64,000 bases of DNA from Candidatus Poribacteria bacterium. GTDB taxonomy: Bacteria; Poribacteria; WGA-4E; WGA-3G. The stretch covers positions 2,049,769 through 2,113,768 of the forward strand of contig OZ242349.1 of assembly GCA_965208635.1 (NCBI GenBank), given 5' to 3'. The notes below the pieces were generated by a model. That model worked only from the letters and a program-made list of their open reading frames with translations. It was not told the origin of the DNA and made no database searches. Every line of letters begins with the position of its first letter. Within the stretch, counting starts at the first letter, position 1. Made by a program: the position numbers and the translations under genes. Below are positions 16,982 to 25,191 of this stretch, piece by piece.

Positions 16982-19873
16982 ATGCAGAAGAAGGAACCTT
17001 TCGTTCCGAATGTTATAGGGCTGAAAGCCCACATTACAAAAATAGTTTTCTCAATTTTACTGTTAGGTATTCTCTCACCTGCCTTCTCCCAAAACGAAGA
17101 GGCCCCCTCGTCTAAAATTACACTGCAACTGCTCCACGCAGCAGACATGGAGGGTGGTATTGAGGCACTCGAAAACGCCCCTCGCTTCTCATCAGTACTG
17201 AATGCGCTCAAAGCCGAGGTTGAAAATACAGTCATCATCGGGGCTGGCGATAGCTACATTCCCGGTCCGTTTTTCGCAGCTGCCAATAACGGGAGTCTTC
17301 GTGAAGTATTGGGAAGAGAAGGTTCAGGACGCGCCGACATTCTGATGCTCAACGCGATGGGCTTCATGGCAGGCGCACTTGGAAACCATGAATTTGACGC
17401 AGGGACTGGTACGCTTGCTGGACTGATTAAAGTAGATAGAGACTATGTTGGCACAGCCTTCCCATTCTTGAGTGCGAACTTAGATTTCAGTCCTGATAGC
17501 AATCTCGCGCCTTTAGTTGTTGACTCTGGCCAAGAAGCGAGCACAATCCCGAACAGTATCACCAAAAGCGTGGTCATCACGACCCCTTCAGGCGAAAAAG
17601 TGGGCGTTGTCGGCATGACGACACCGTTGCTCGGAAGCCTTTCTTTATCTGGAAACGTCGGAATTGCCCCCGCACACCCAAACGATATGGCAGCATTGGC
17701 AACTATCATTCAAGAATCCGTTGACGCATTGACAGCAACCGGCATTCATAAGATTATTCTTACCGGACACCTTCAACAAATTAGCCTTGATGAAACGATC
17801 GCAATGCATCTGAAAGATGTTGACATTATCATTGCTGGAGGTTCAAATACTCTACTCGCCGATGGAACAGATCGCCTCCATCCTGGGGATACTGCGGAAC
17901 GTCCCTATCCGATTTTGACCCAATCCTCTACGAATGAACCGATTGCAATCGTGGGGACAGATGGAAATTACCGATACGTTGGGCGGTTAGTCGTCGATTT
18001 TGACGCAGCAGGTGTCTTAATTCCTGAATCGATTGACGCTACAGTTAGCGGTGCTTTCGTTACCGACGAACAGGGTGTTGCGGATACCGGCAATGCGGAA
18101 CCCGCAGCACCTGTCGTTGAGATTACAGAGGCGGTCCGGAATGTTGTGATCGCAAAGGACGGCAACCTCTTTGGACAAACAAGCGTCTATCTGAACGGTA
18201 ACCGTGGCTCCGTCCGTACGGAAGAAACAAACATCGGTAACCTAATCGCCGAGGCAAACCTCGCCGCGGGGCAACAGGTTGACCCGAATGTAGTTGTGTC
18301 TTTGAAAAATGGCGGAGGCATCCGCGCCCCGATCGGTGTCACTATAGGCAGCGACCTGTTCCCACCCCCTGCAAACGCTTTAGTTGGTAAAGCGATGGGT
18401 CAGATTTCACAGATCGACATCGAAAATACACTCCGATTCAACAACGGATTGACGCTTTTGACCTTGAGCGCAGCGGAACTGCTCGAAGTCATCGAACACA
18501 CAGTTGCCGCCTCCGGTGGCGGCTCAACGCCCGGGCGTTTCCCCCAAATCGCAGGAATGGCGTTCAGTTTTGATAACTCGCTGCCGGAGGGTTCAAGGGT
18601 TCAGTCGCTTATCATCACCGACGCAGATGGAAATCTGACGGACACAATTGCCCAGAATGGTGAAATCGTGGGGGATGCAACTCGCACTTTCCGAATGGTC
18701 ACAATCACTTTCCTTGTCGATGGCGGAGACGACTATCCGTATGCTAATTTCCCGAATACCAATCGCGTTGACCTTACTGAAGTGATGACGGAGGAACAAT
18801 CTGGTGGGCAAGCCACCTTTGCCGACCCCGGCACGGAGCAAGATGCACTCGCGGAATACCTCGTAGCGAACTTCTCTGAGACACCGTTTGCGATTGCGGA
18901 TGTTGGTCCCGAAAGCGATGAACGTATACAGAATCTCACATTCCGTGCCGACAGCCTGATTATGCCGATGACAGGCGAGAACCTATTTAATATAGAACTC
19001 AGCGCGGGTTTGAACATGATCGGTCTACCCTTGATGCCGAGCGAACCTTACGCAGCACGTTCCCTCATGGAAAAAATCGGAGCCACCACCGTCATCGAAT
19101 ACAATTCAGCGACTGGACGTTACATCGGGTTCACGGCAAATTCTGACGGCAACGGATTCCCGATTGAAGGTGGAAAGGGCTATATTGTCAATGTTACCGC
19201 ACCGAAAAATGTCAGTTTCATAGGCAGTGGATGGAAGAACACAGCACCAGCAGCACCAGCGGCACCGACACAGAGATTAACTCAGCAGGTGTGGGCATTT
19301 GTCCTACGTGCGCAGCTTGAAGGAATCAGCGGTGTGGAACTAACCGTCTACAACAGGCACACCAGAGTTGCTGAAGCGGTTGACACTAACAATTTCCACG
19401 CCGTCTGGGCAGATATGAACCGCCAGGTCTCCGTTGTTTCTGCCGGTGATATACTGACGATTGAAGTCCGGGACACAACAGACAACCTGATCCGTACACT
19501 CCAGCACGAAATCAGTGTGGCAGACATCCACCGAGCGTTCACCGAAGTTCGGCTCACACCCGCTGACCTCATCCCGAAATCGACAGTTCTCCTTGCGAAT
19601 TATCCGAACCCTTTCAATCCAGAAACGTGGTTGCCCTATCAACTCGCAAATGACGCTGAGGTTACCATTCGTATCTATTCATCCGCGGGACACCTCGTTC
19701 GGCATCTGGACCTCGGATTCCAGCAGGCGGGTTATTACATCGGCAAGTCGCGTGCCGCTTATTGGAACGGGCGCAATGATTTGGGGGAAAGACTCGCTTC
19801 GGGCGTTTATTTTTACCAACTGAGCACCGGTGAGTTGCCGAAAACTATTCGAAAAATGGTTATAAGGAAATAA
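16982..19873 (+). CDS. secreted bifunctional metallophosphatase/5'-nucleotidase-like protein with extra beta domains and a C-terminal T9SS/FlgD-Ig-like sorting domain
   Basis: Signal peptide. Metallophosphoesterase motifs HAADMEGG, GAGDSYIPG and GNHEFD. A 5'-nucleotidase C-terminal-like region. The last ~98 aa (19577..19870) read ANYPNPFNPETW...GVYFYQL. An AAGGAG SD is present. Confidence 0.8.
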   Translation: MQKKEPFVPNVIGLKAHITKIVFSILLLGILSPAFSQNEEAPSSKITLQLLHAADMEGGIEALENAPRFSSVLNALKAEVENTVIIGAGDSYIPGPFFAAANNGSLREVLGREGSGRADILMLNAMGFMAGALGNHEFDAGTGTLAGLIKVDRDYVGTAFPFLSANLDFSPDSNLAPLVVDSGQEASTIPNSITKSVVITTPSGEKVGVVGMTTPLLGSLSLSGNVGIAPAHPNDMAALATIIQESVDALTATGIHKIILTGHLQQISLDETIAMHLKDVDIIIAGGSNTLLADGTDRLHPGDTAERPYPILTQSSTNEPIAIVGTDGNYRYVGRLVVDFDAAGVLIPESIDATVSGAFVTDEQGVADTGNAEPAAPVVEITEAVRNVVIAKDGNLFGQTSVYLNGNRGSVRTEETNIGNLIAEANLAAGQQVDPNVVVSLKNGGGIRAPIGVTIGSDLFPPPANALVGKAMGQISQIDIENTLRFNNGLTLLTLSAAELLEVIEHTVAASGGGSTPGRFPQIAGMAFSFDNSLPEGSRVQSLIITDADGNLTDTIAQNGEIVGDATRTFRMVTITFLVDGGDDYPYANFPNTNRVDLTEVMTEEQSGGQATFADPGTEQDALAEYLVANFSETPFAIADVGPESDERIQNLTFRADSLIMPMTGENLFNIELSAGLNMIGLPLMPSEPYAARSLMEKIGATTVIEYNSATGRYIGFTANSDGNGFPIEGGKGYIVNVTAPKNVSFIGSGWKNTAPAAPAAPTQRLTQQVWAFVLRAQLEGISGVELTVYNRHTRVAEAVDTNNFHAVWADMNRQVSVVSAGDILTIEVRDTTDNLIRTLQHEISVADIHRAFTEVRLTPADLIPKSTVLLANYPNPFNPETWLPYQLANDAEVTIRIYSSAGHLVRHLDLGFQQAGYYIGKSRAAYWNGRNDLGERLASGVYFYQLSTGELPKTIRKMVIRK

Positions 19874-19947
19874 CAGCCGCCTTACAGCAAAAATTGGAAA
19901 ATTGGAGGGTTGGAAGAACTTGATGAATTCGGAGGATTGAGAGTAAA

Positions 19948-21597
19948 ATGTTCAAACTTACACGAAGACAATTTATAGAAAGAATATCTGCCGCCGGGCT
20001 TGCCATAAGCAGCGGTATTGCACTCCCAGGATGTGATGAGCCTTTCAAAATCATTTCACCACCTTCAACACCGGTAGAACTTGAAGACGACATCCCAGCG
20101 CTGATTATCGGAAGCGGATTTGGGGGTGCGGTGACGGCTTTACGACTCGGGGAAGCCGGTATACGGACAATGGTCTTAGAACAGGGAAGACGCTGGGATA
20201 ACGGATTAGCTCCGTTCAGTCGCTCTTTACCACCCGACGGTCGTTCAACGTGGTTGCGAAGCGAAACCGCTCTGCCGTTCGGCCCCTCATTGCCTATCCG
20301 TAAATACACCGGTGTCTTAGATCGCATAGATTACCCAAACATGCATGTCTATCGAGGCACAGCCGTTGGGGGTGGCTCCATCGTATACGGTGGTATTAGT
20401 GTAAAACCAACGGAAGATCTGTTTTATAAGATTTTCCCAACAGGGATATCCTATCAGGAACTCCTACCCCATTATGAACGCGTCCGCCATATGCTGAATA
20501 TCACAACGGTTCCTGAAGATGTTTACAACAGTCCTCCCTACCATTACGCCCGTGTCTTTGCCAAGCATGCATCCAATGCTGGACTCGAAGTCGTAGATGT
20601 AGAACAAGCCACGGATTGGGACATTATTCGTAGCGAGCTCGCTGGAACGACAGCACCTTCGGCGACCCTCGGAGAATTTTTTTATGGTAATAATAGCCTA
20701 TGTAAAAACACCCTAGATCGCAACTATCTCCCGATGGCAGAAGCGACAGGGTTTGTCTCTATTCATCCGTTGCATCGCGTTATTGGCATCACGAAAGAAA
20801 AGAGTGGAAAATATGCTGTAACGGTTGAACAGATAGATGAAACCGGCAAGGTAATCGAGAGAAAAAAAATTACCACGACCTACCTCTTTTTTGCAGCGGG
20901 CACCGTTGGCACAACGGAGTTACTGGTAAAAGCTCAAGCGCTCGGAAATTTACGAAACCTCAACGAAGAAGTTGGACAAGGTTTTGGAACGAATGGAAAT
21001 ATACTATTCACATCTATTGTGAACGAATTAACCGGAAAGCAGCAAGCCTATCCCGTTATCAAAGGAATAAAAAACTATAAGAATGCAGAGACATTCGCAA
21101 GAATTGAATCTCTCTTCTTTCCTACAGGATTTGAATGTAACTGTTTGTTCTATCTTTTACTCGCTTTAGATACCGAGCGCGGACATTTTTCCTACAATGC
21201 AGGGACTAATACGGTGGAATTGATGTGGCCAGCCGGAGGAAACGAGACTGCCGTCCGGGCAGCAATGGATTTCGCCGAGCGCATGAATGCTGCGAATGAG
21301 GGGTATCTCGGTTTACCAGAAGGCTTTCCCATTCCACTTCCAGAAAAGCTATTAAAAGATCACACCTATCACCCTCTGGGTGGAATGGTGATGGATAAAG
21401 CGTGTGATTTGTATGGACGCGTACACGGCTATTCGCGGATGTATGTTATGGATGGTTCCTTGTTACCAGGGTCGTGTGCAACTGCGAATCCGTCCTGGAC
21501 AATTGCAGCACTCGCTGAGCGAAATATCCAAAGAATCCTATCAGAGGACTTTGAATCTTCGCAGAGAAGTGAACGCGACCCTGAACGTAAACGTTAA
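19948..21597 (+). CDS. GMC family (cholesterol-oxidase-like) FAD oxidoreductase with Tat-type signal
   Basis: TRRQFIERISAAGLA twin-arginine signal and FAD motif LIIGSGFGGAVTALRLGEAG. Confidence 0.8.
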   Translation: MFKLTRRQFIERISAAGLAISSGIALPGCDEPFKIISPPSTPVELEDDIPALIIGSGFGGAVTALRLGEAGIRTMVLEQGRRWDNGLAPFSRSLPPDGRSTWLRSETALPFGPSLPIRKYTGVLDRIDYPNMHVYRGTAVGGGSIVYGGISVKPTEDLFYKIFPTGISYQELLPHYERVRHMLNITTVPEDVYNSPPYHYARVFAKHASNAGLEVVDVEQATDWDIIRSELAGTTAPSATLGEFFYGNNSLCKNTLDRNYLPMAEATGFVSIHPLHRVIGITKEKSGKYAVTVEQIDETGKVIERKKITTTYLFFAAGTVGTTELLVKAQALGNLRNLNEEVGQGFGTNGNILFTSIVNELTGKQQAYPVIKGIKNYKNAETFARIESLFFPTGFECNCLFYLLLALDTERGHFSYNAGTNTVELMWPAGGNETAVRAAMDFAERMNAANEGYLGLPEGFPIPLPEKLLKDHTYHPLGGMVMDKACDLYGRVHGYSRMYVMDGSLLPGSCATANPSWTIAALAERNIQRILSEDFESSQRSERDPERKR

Positions 21598-21848
21598 AAA
21601 TATTCTTGATTCTTTAACCCATATATGTTATAGTTTTTGCTAACTGGCTGCAAACCGAAGATTGGGAGATCTATATTTTTAGAATATATGGTTCGCAGCC
21701 AAGATCTCCTCGCCTCTCTTTCACCCTCTAATGATGTCCTTAAGAGTGCTGCTGTACAGGTTCCTATTCAAGAGTCAGACGATGAATAAAGTAAACACTC
21801 TGCTAAAGTAGGTAAAATTTGTGTCGGACGCCGGCAAGTATTGTTTTT

Positions 21849-22205
21849 TCACTCGCACCCTACATTTTCACCCGCACACGGCGCAGTGAGAGTGTACACT
21901 AATTTCTGAGTTCCATCTGCCCAAGTGACTCTCAACTCAACTTCGCCGACTGTATAGAACGGAGTGACGACAATACGATTCTCAATGACTTCAAAATTAC
22001 CTCTGTTTATAGAGACTTTACTCGGGATACCGTCAAAAGTAATGGTAATCGTAGCAGTTGCACCAATCACCGAGCCGGAGGGTGGAACTGCTGAGAGCAA
22101 ATTGACGGGGATATCTTCTATAACCTCGACCTCGTCTTCGTCAGCACCGCAACCGCTGATGTAAAGTAGCACCAAGACCATAAAGGACGTAAAGACTTTC
22201 GACAT
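21849..22205 (-). CDS. small lipoprotein with Ig-like beta domain
   Basis: Lipobox LLYISGC. The domain pattern ITITFDGIPSKVSI...VTWADG resembles the C-terminal domain of the neighbouring ORF 22340..22810. Confidence 0.55.
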   Translation of the reverse strand: MSKVFTSFMVLVLLYISGCGADEDEVEVIEDIPVNLLSAVPPSGSVIGATATITITFDGIPSKVSINRGNFEVIENRIVVTPFYTVGEVELRVTWADGTQKLVYTLTAPCAGENVGCE

Positions 22206-22339
22206 ATCGTTTCCCCATAGATTTCATAATAAACGTGAAAGGTTAAAAATGCAAACTGAAAATGGTAAACTCAAACCGATTGTCCTAACGCCGTGACACT
22301 CTGTAAACGCGACTACAATTTAGGGTCTCTGACAGATTT

Positions 22340-22810
22340 CTAATCCTTTTCGCCCACCGAGTCTAACTTTAACATATCAGTGTACTCAAACACAAGATCC
22401 ACACGTCCACCTTTCCATTTGACGGTATAGGGCTTTTTATACCGATCTCCGGGAGTGATGTTATTGATCATAACCTTATTACCCGCAATCGTAACATCAC
22501 CGAAAGTCGCACTAACATCTATAGGAGTCTTATCAAAGTAAAGAATGATAGGTTCTTCAGATAAAAACGTTATTTTTTTGGGATAATACTCAAGGAGCTC
22601 GGGGGGTTGGACTTCTTGGGTAACATCCATTTCAATCGCATCCAGCGATTCATGATCATTAAGCCTAAAATCAACAGGTATTCTGATTTCCAGACTTATC
22701 GGTTTTCCACCCTTCATGGCCGGACGAAAAGTACTCTTCCTTAACATCCGAATTGCCGCCTCCTCAAGTCCATATCCGAGACTTGTAAGAGCTGCGATGT
22801 CGCGTGGCAT
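22340..22810 (-). CDS. C-terminal part of a TonB-like protein (truncated TonB_C domain plus Ig-like domain); as called, it starts inside the TonB_C domain
   Basis: GYGLEEAAIRMLRKSTFRPAMKGGKPISLEIRIPVDFRL is a TonB C-terminal signature. The frame stays open upstream to the TGA at 22961..22963 and encodes the missing first strand (EGRVILKATIDENG). Confidence 0.6.
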   Translation of the reverse strand: MPRDIAALTSLGYGLEEAAIRMLRKSTFRPAMKGGKPISLEIRIPVDFRLNDHESLDAIEMDVTQEVQPPELLEYYPKKITFLSEEPIILYFDKTPIDVSATFGDVTIAGNKVMINNITPGDRYKKPYTVKWKGGRVDLVFEYTDMLKLDSVGEKD

Positions 22811-22960
22811 ACCGTTTTCATCAATAGTCGCTTTCAGAATAACCCTGCCTTCTTTCTCTGCTTTCTTGGCAATATCAGGATACTTCTTTTTTGAGAGATA
22901 CTTAATCTTCGGCGCGATGACTCCAGATTCAATCGCATCCAGCGATTCGTGATCATCCGG

Positions 22961-23263
22961 TCATAGCGTGGCATGTTCATATTCGCTAAGAAATTCGTGA
23001 AGTGGATTGTTCTTCGTCATATCAGAAAACTCCGCTCCTCCCACTGAATCGATATCATCAAGCGTCCAAGCCGTCCTTTTCCCTATGGGTCGAAGGGAAC
23101 GCTTCTCAATCTTTACCATTGGCTGTTCTTCAACGACGACTTCTTTTTCGGCATTCTTAGGAGTTGTGCTGGAGGCGGCTACGTTTCCTTCGGTTTTAAC
23201 AGAATCACAGCCGTTGATACAAATAGCAAATACACCAAGCATCAAAAAAACTAAGACTTTCAA
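22961..23263 (-). CDS. lipoprotein-like N-terminal part of the same TonB-like reading frame (ends at in-frame TGA)
   Basis: Lipobox signal MKVLVFLMLGVFAICINGC followed by an E/K/P-rich linker. It is in the same frame as 22340..22960. Confidence 0.55.
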   Translation of the reverse strand: MKVLVFLMLGVFAICINGCDSVKTEGNVAASSTTPKNAEKEVVVEEQPMVKIEKRSLRPIGKRTAWTLDDIDSVGGAEFSDMTKNNPLHEFLSEYEHATL

Positions 23264-23551
23264 CGGTATTCCCTCCTTCTGTAAATCAATGTAACGCGGT
23301 CCGATACTTTCACGTGAACTCCTAAAGTAAGTTGCTACATATAGAACTCTTTTTCAGCATCTTTAAGCACAGACAAGACATCACAGAAGAACGTAAATGG
23401 GGCCTTCAATGTCTTGTCATCCCAGATGATGAGCCTCGTCTGTTCGGTTTGCACCAATCAGGCACCTTCGAAATCGCAGATATTGAATACCAACCCGCAG
23501 ATGTAAATGGTGTCGAACAATCCAAGACGGTATCCTTTTCTTTCCCCGCTT

Positions 23552-24964
23552 TCACTTATCAGGTAGCTCTCTCCACTGTCCCTCAGTGATCTGATCTATC
23601 AGAATACGGGCTTTCTGACTTGCCCGAACCTGCTTTTCAATCTCAACAGGATCCCACTCCGCTAACAGTTGCGCTTCAAGTTCTCGACAAATTACTTGAT
23701 ACGCCTCGTCATTGGCAAGATTCCGAAATTCGTTCGGATCTTCGACAATGTCATAAAGTTCTGGGTCGTCCCCGAGGCTATAGTTGAATTTATATCGTCC
23801 TTTCCGCACCATCGCCATTGGGCGTTCGACACCGTGTGCGAGATATTCGGAGAACGCGAAATCTTTCCAATCGCTTGCGGTATCCTGTATCAAAGGCAAC
23901 AGACTGTCTCCATCCAACTGATTTAAAGGTTCTACTCCGGCAATATCCACAAGCGTCGCCGTTAGGTCCACGAGCGAAACCACTTCCTCAATACGTTTGC
24001 CTGCGGATAATCGGTCAGGAAACATAATCTGTAGCGGCACGCGCGCGGATGCTTCGTAGAAATTCGACTTACGCCACATACCGTGCTCACCGTTCATCTC
24101 ACCGTGGTCACTGGTATAGACAACAACTGTATTCTCTAACTGATCGGTTTCCTCAAGCGTCTTGAGCAAGTTGCCAATTTTCTCATCAAGATAGGTAATC
24201 AATCCATAATAGCCAGCGCGCCCACGGCGAACCAGTTCTTCGGGGAAGTCAACACAACCGAACATACGCCGCATCCGTTGATACACAGGATGTTGGTTTT
24301 CGAGGTGTCCTTCTGGAATATCGGGGAGATCAATTTCATCAAGCGGATAGAGATCCCAAAACCGTTGCGGCACAACGAGCGGAAAATGGGGTGCGATAAA
24401 CGAGACATTGAGTGCCCAGGGTTGTTCCTGCCGTGCTGGATCTCGGAGATACGCCAGAGCCTCTGTCTCTGCGAGGTTGTCCACCTCTATTTCCACCGTC
24501 GTTCCCGGACGTGCCTGTGTGAGACCTTGCCAGGGGCGCGGTGCTGGTGGTGTGCCGTTATCCCAATCTGTAAGTCCGTGCTGTCGTTCTGCGTGCAGAT
24601 CCCGGGCGAGTTGCGCCCGAAACCCGTGAAGTTGGTCCATCCCACCGAAGTGCTGTTTCCCAGAGAGCACGACATCGTAGCCTGCTGCCCGCAAGAGGTG
24701 TGCCCATGTGACAGCATCTGGACGCAAGGGAGCGGCGTTGTCCCACGCGCCGATGTGATGGATGTACTTACCCGTCATGAAGGACATCCGGGACGGCATA
24801 CAGAGCGGTGAATTGCAGTAAGCATTCGTGAAGGTAACACCCTCTTCGGCGAGTCTATCCATGTGAGGGGTTTGGACGAGTGGGTGTCCATAGGGACCAC
24901 TATACATCGGTGCGTGTTCGTCGGACATGATGATGAGGAGATTGGGGTGTTGTTTTGAAGGCAT
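23552..24964 (-). CDS. Cys-type sulfatase
   Basis: NLLIIMSDEH, CMPSRMSFMTGKY (CxPxR) and YTSDHGE. ATG 24964 is preferred over the track start at 25018. Confidence 0.9.
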   Translation of the reverse strand: MPSKQHPNLLIIMSDEHAPMYSGPYGHPLVQTPHMDRLAEEGVTFTNAYCNSPLCMPSRMSFMTGKYIHHIGAWDNAAPLRPDAVTWAHLLRAAGYDVVLSGKQHFGGMDQLHGFRAQLARDLHAERQHGLTDWDNGTPPAPRPWQGLTQARPGTTVEIEVDNLAETEALAYLRDPARQEQPWALNVSFIAPHFPLVVPQRFWDLYPLDEIDLPDIPEGHLENQHPVYQRMRRMFGCVDFPEELVRRGRAGYYGLITYLDEKIGNLLKTLEETDQLENTVVVYTSDHGEMNGEHGMWRKSNFYEASARVPLQIMFPDRLSAGKRIEEVVSLVDLTATLVDIAGVEPLNQLDGDSLLPLIQDTASDWKDFAFSEYLAHGVERPMAMVRKGRYKFNYSLGDDPELYDIVEDPNEFRNLANDEAYQVICRELEAQLLAEWDPVEIEKQVRASQKARILIDQITEGQWRELPDK

Positions 24965-25191
24965 GGTGATCCTAAATTTCAGAGCTTTCAGAGTAAATAC
25001 GAAAGAACAATACGTCAAAAAATGGGCGAAACCTCACGTCAGACGTGGCTTTGTGTGGTTTTGGAATAAATTGGCACTCGGAACTACTCTGAAATTAACG
25101 AAGCATTCGCGATGCCTCAAGTTTCAGAGCGATCATCCCTCTTATTGCTTATCGCTTTCAGCATTCTAATCGGTTACTTTCGCCCAAAATT

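Noticed and set aside
23332-23589. 85-aa plus-strand ORF between the TonB-like gene and the sulfatase.
   Set aside because: It has a non-ATG start, no SD and no recognisable motif, and its 3' end overlaps the sulfatase gene. I cannot support it as a gene.
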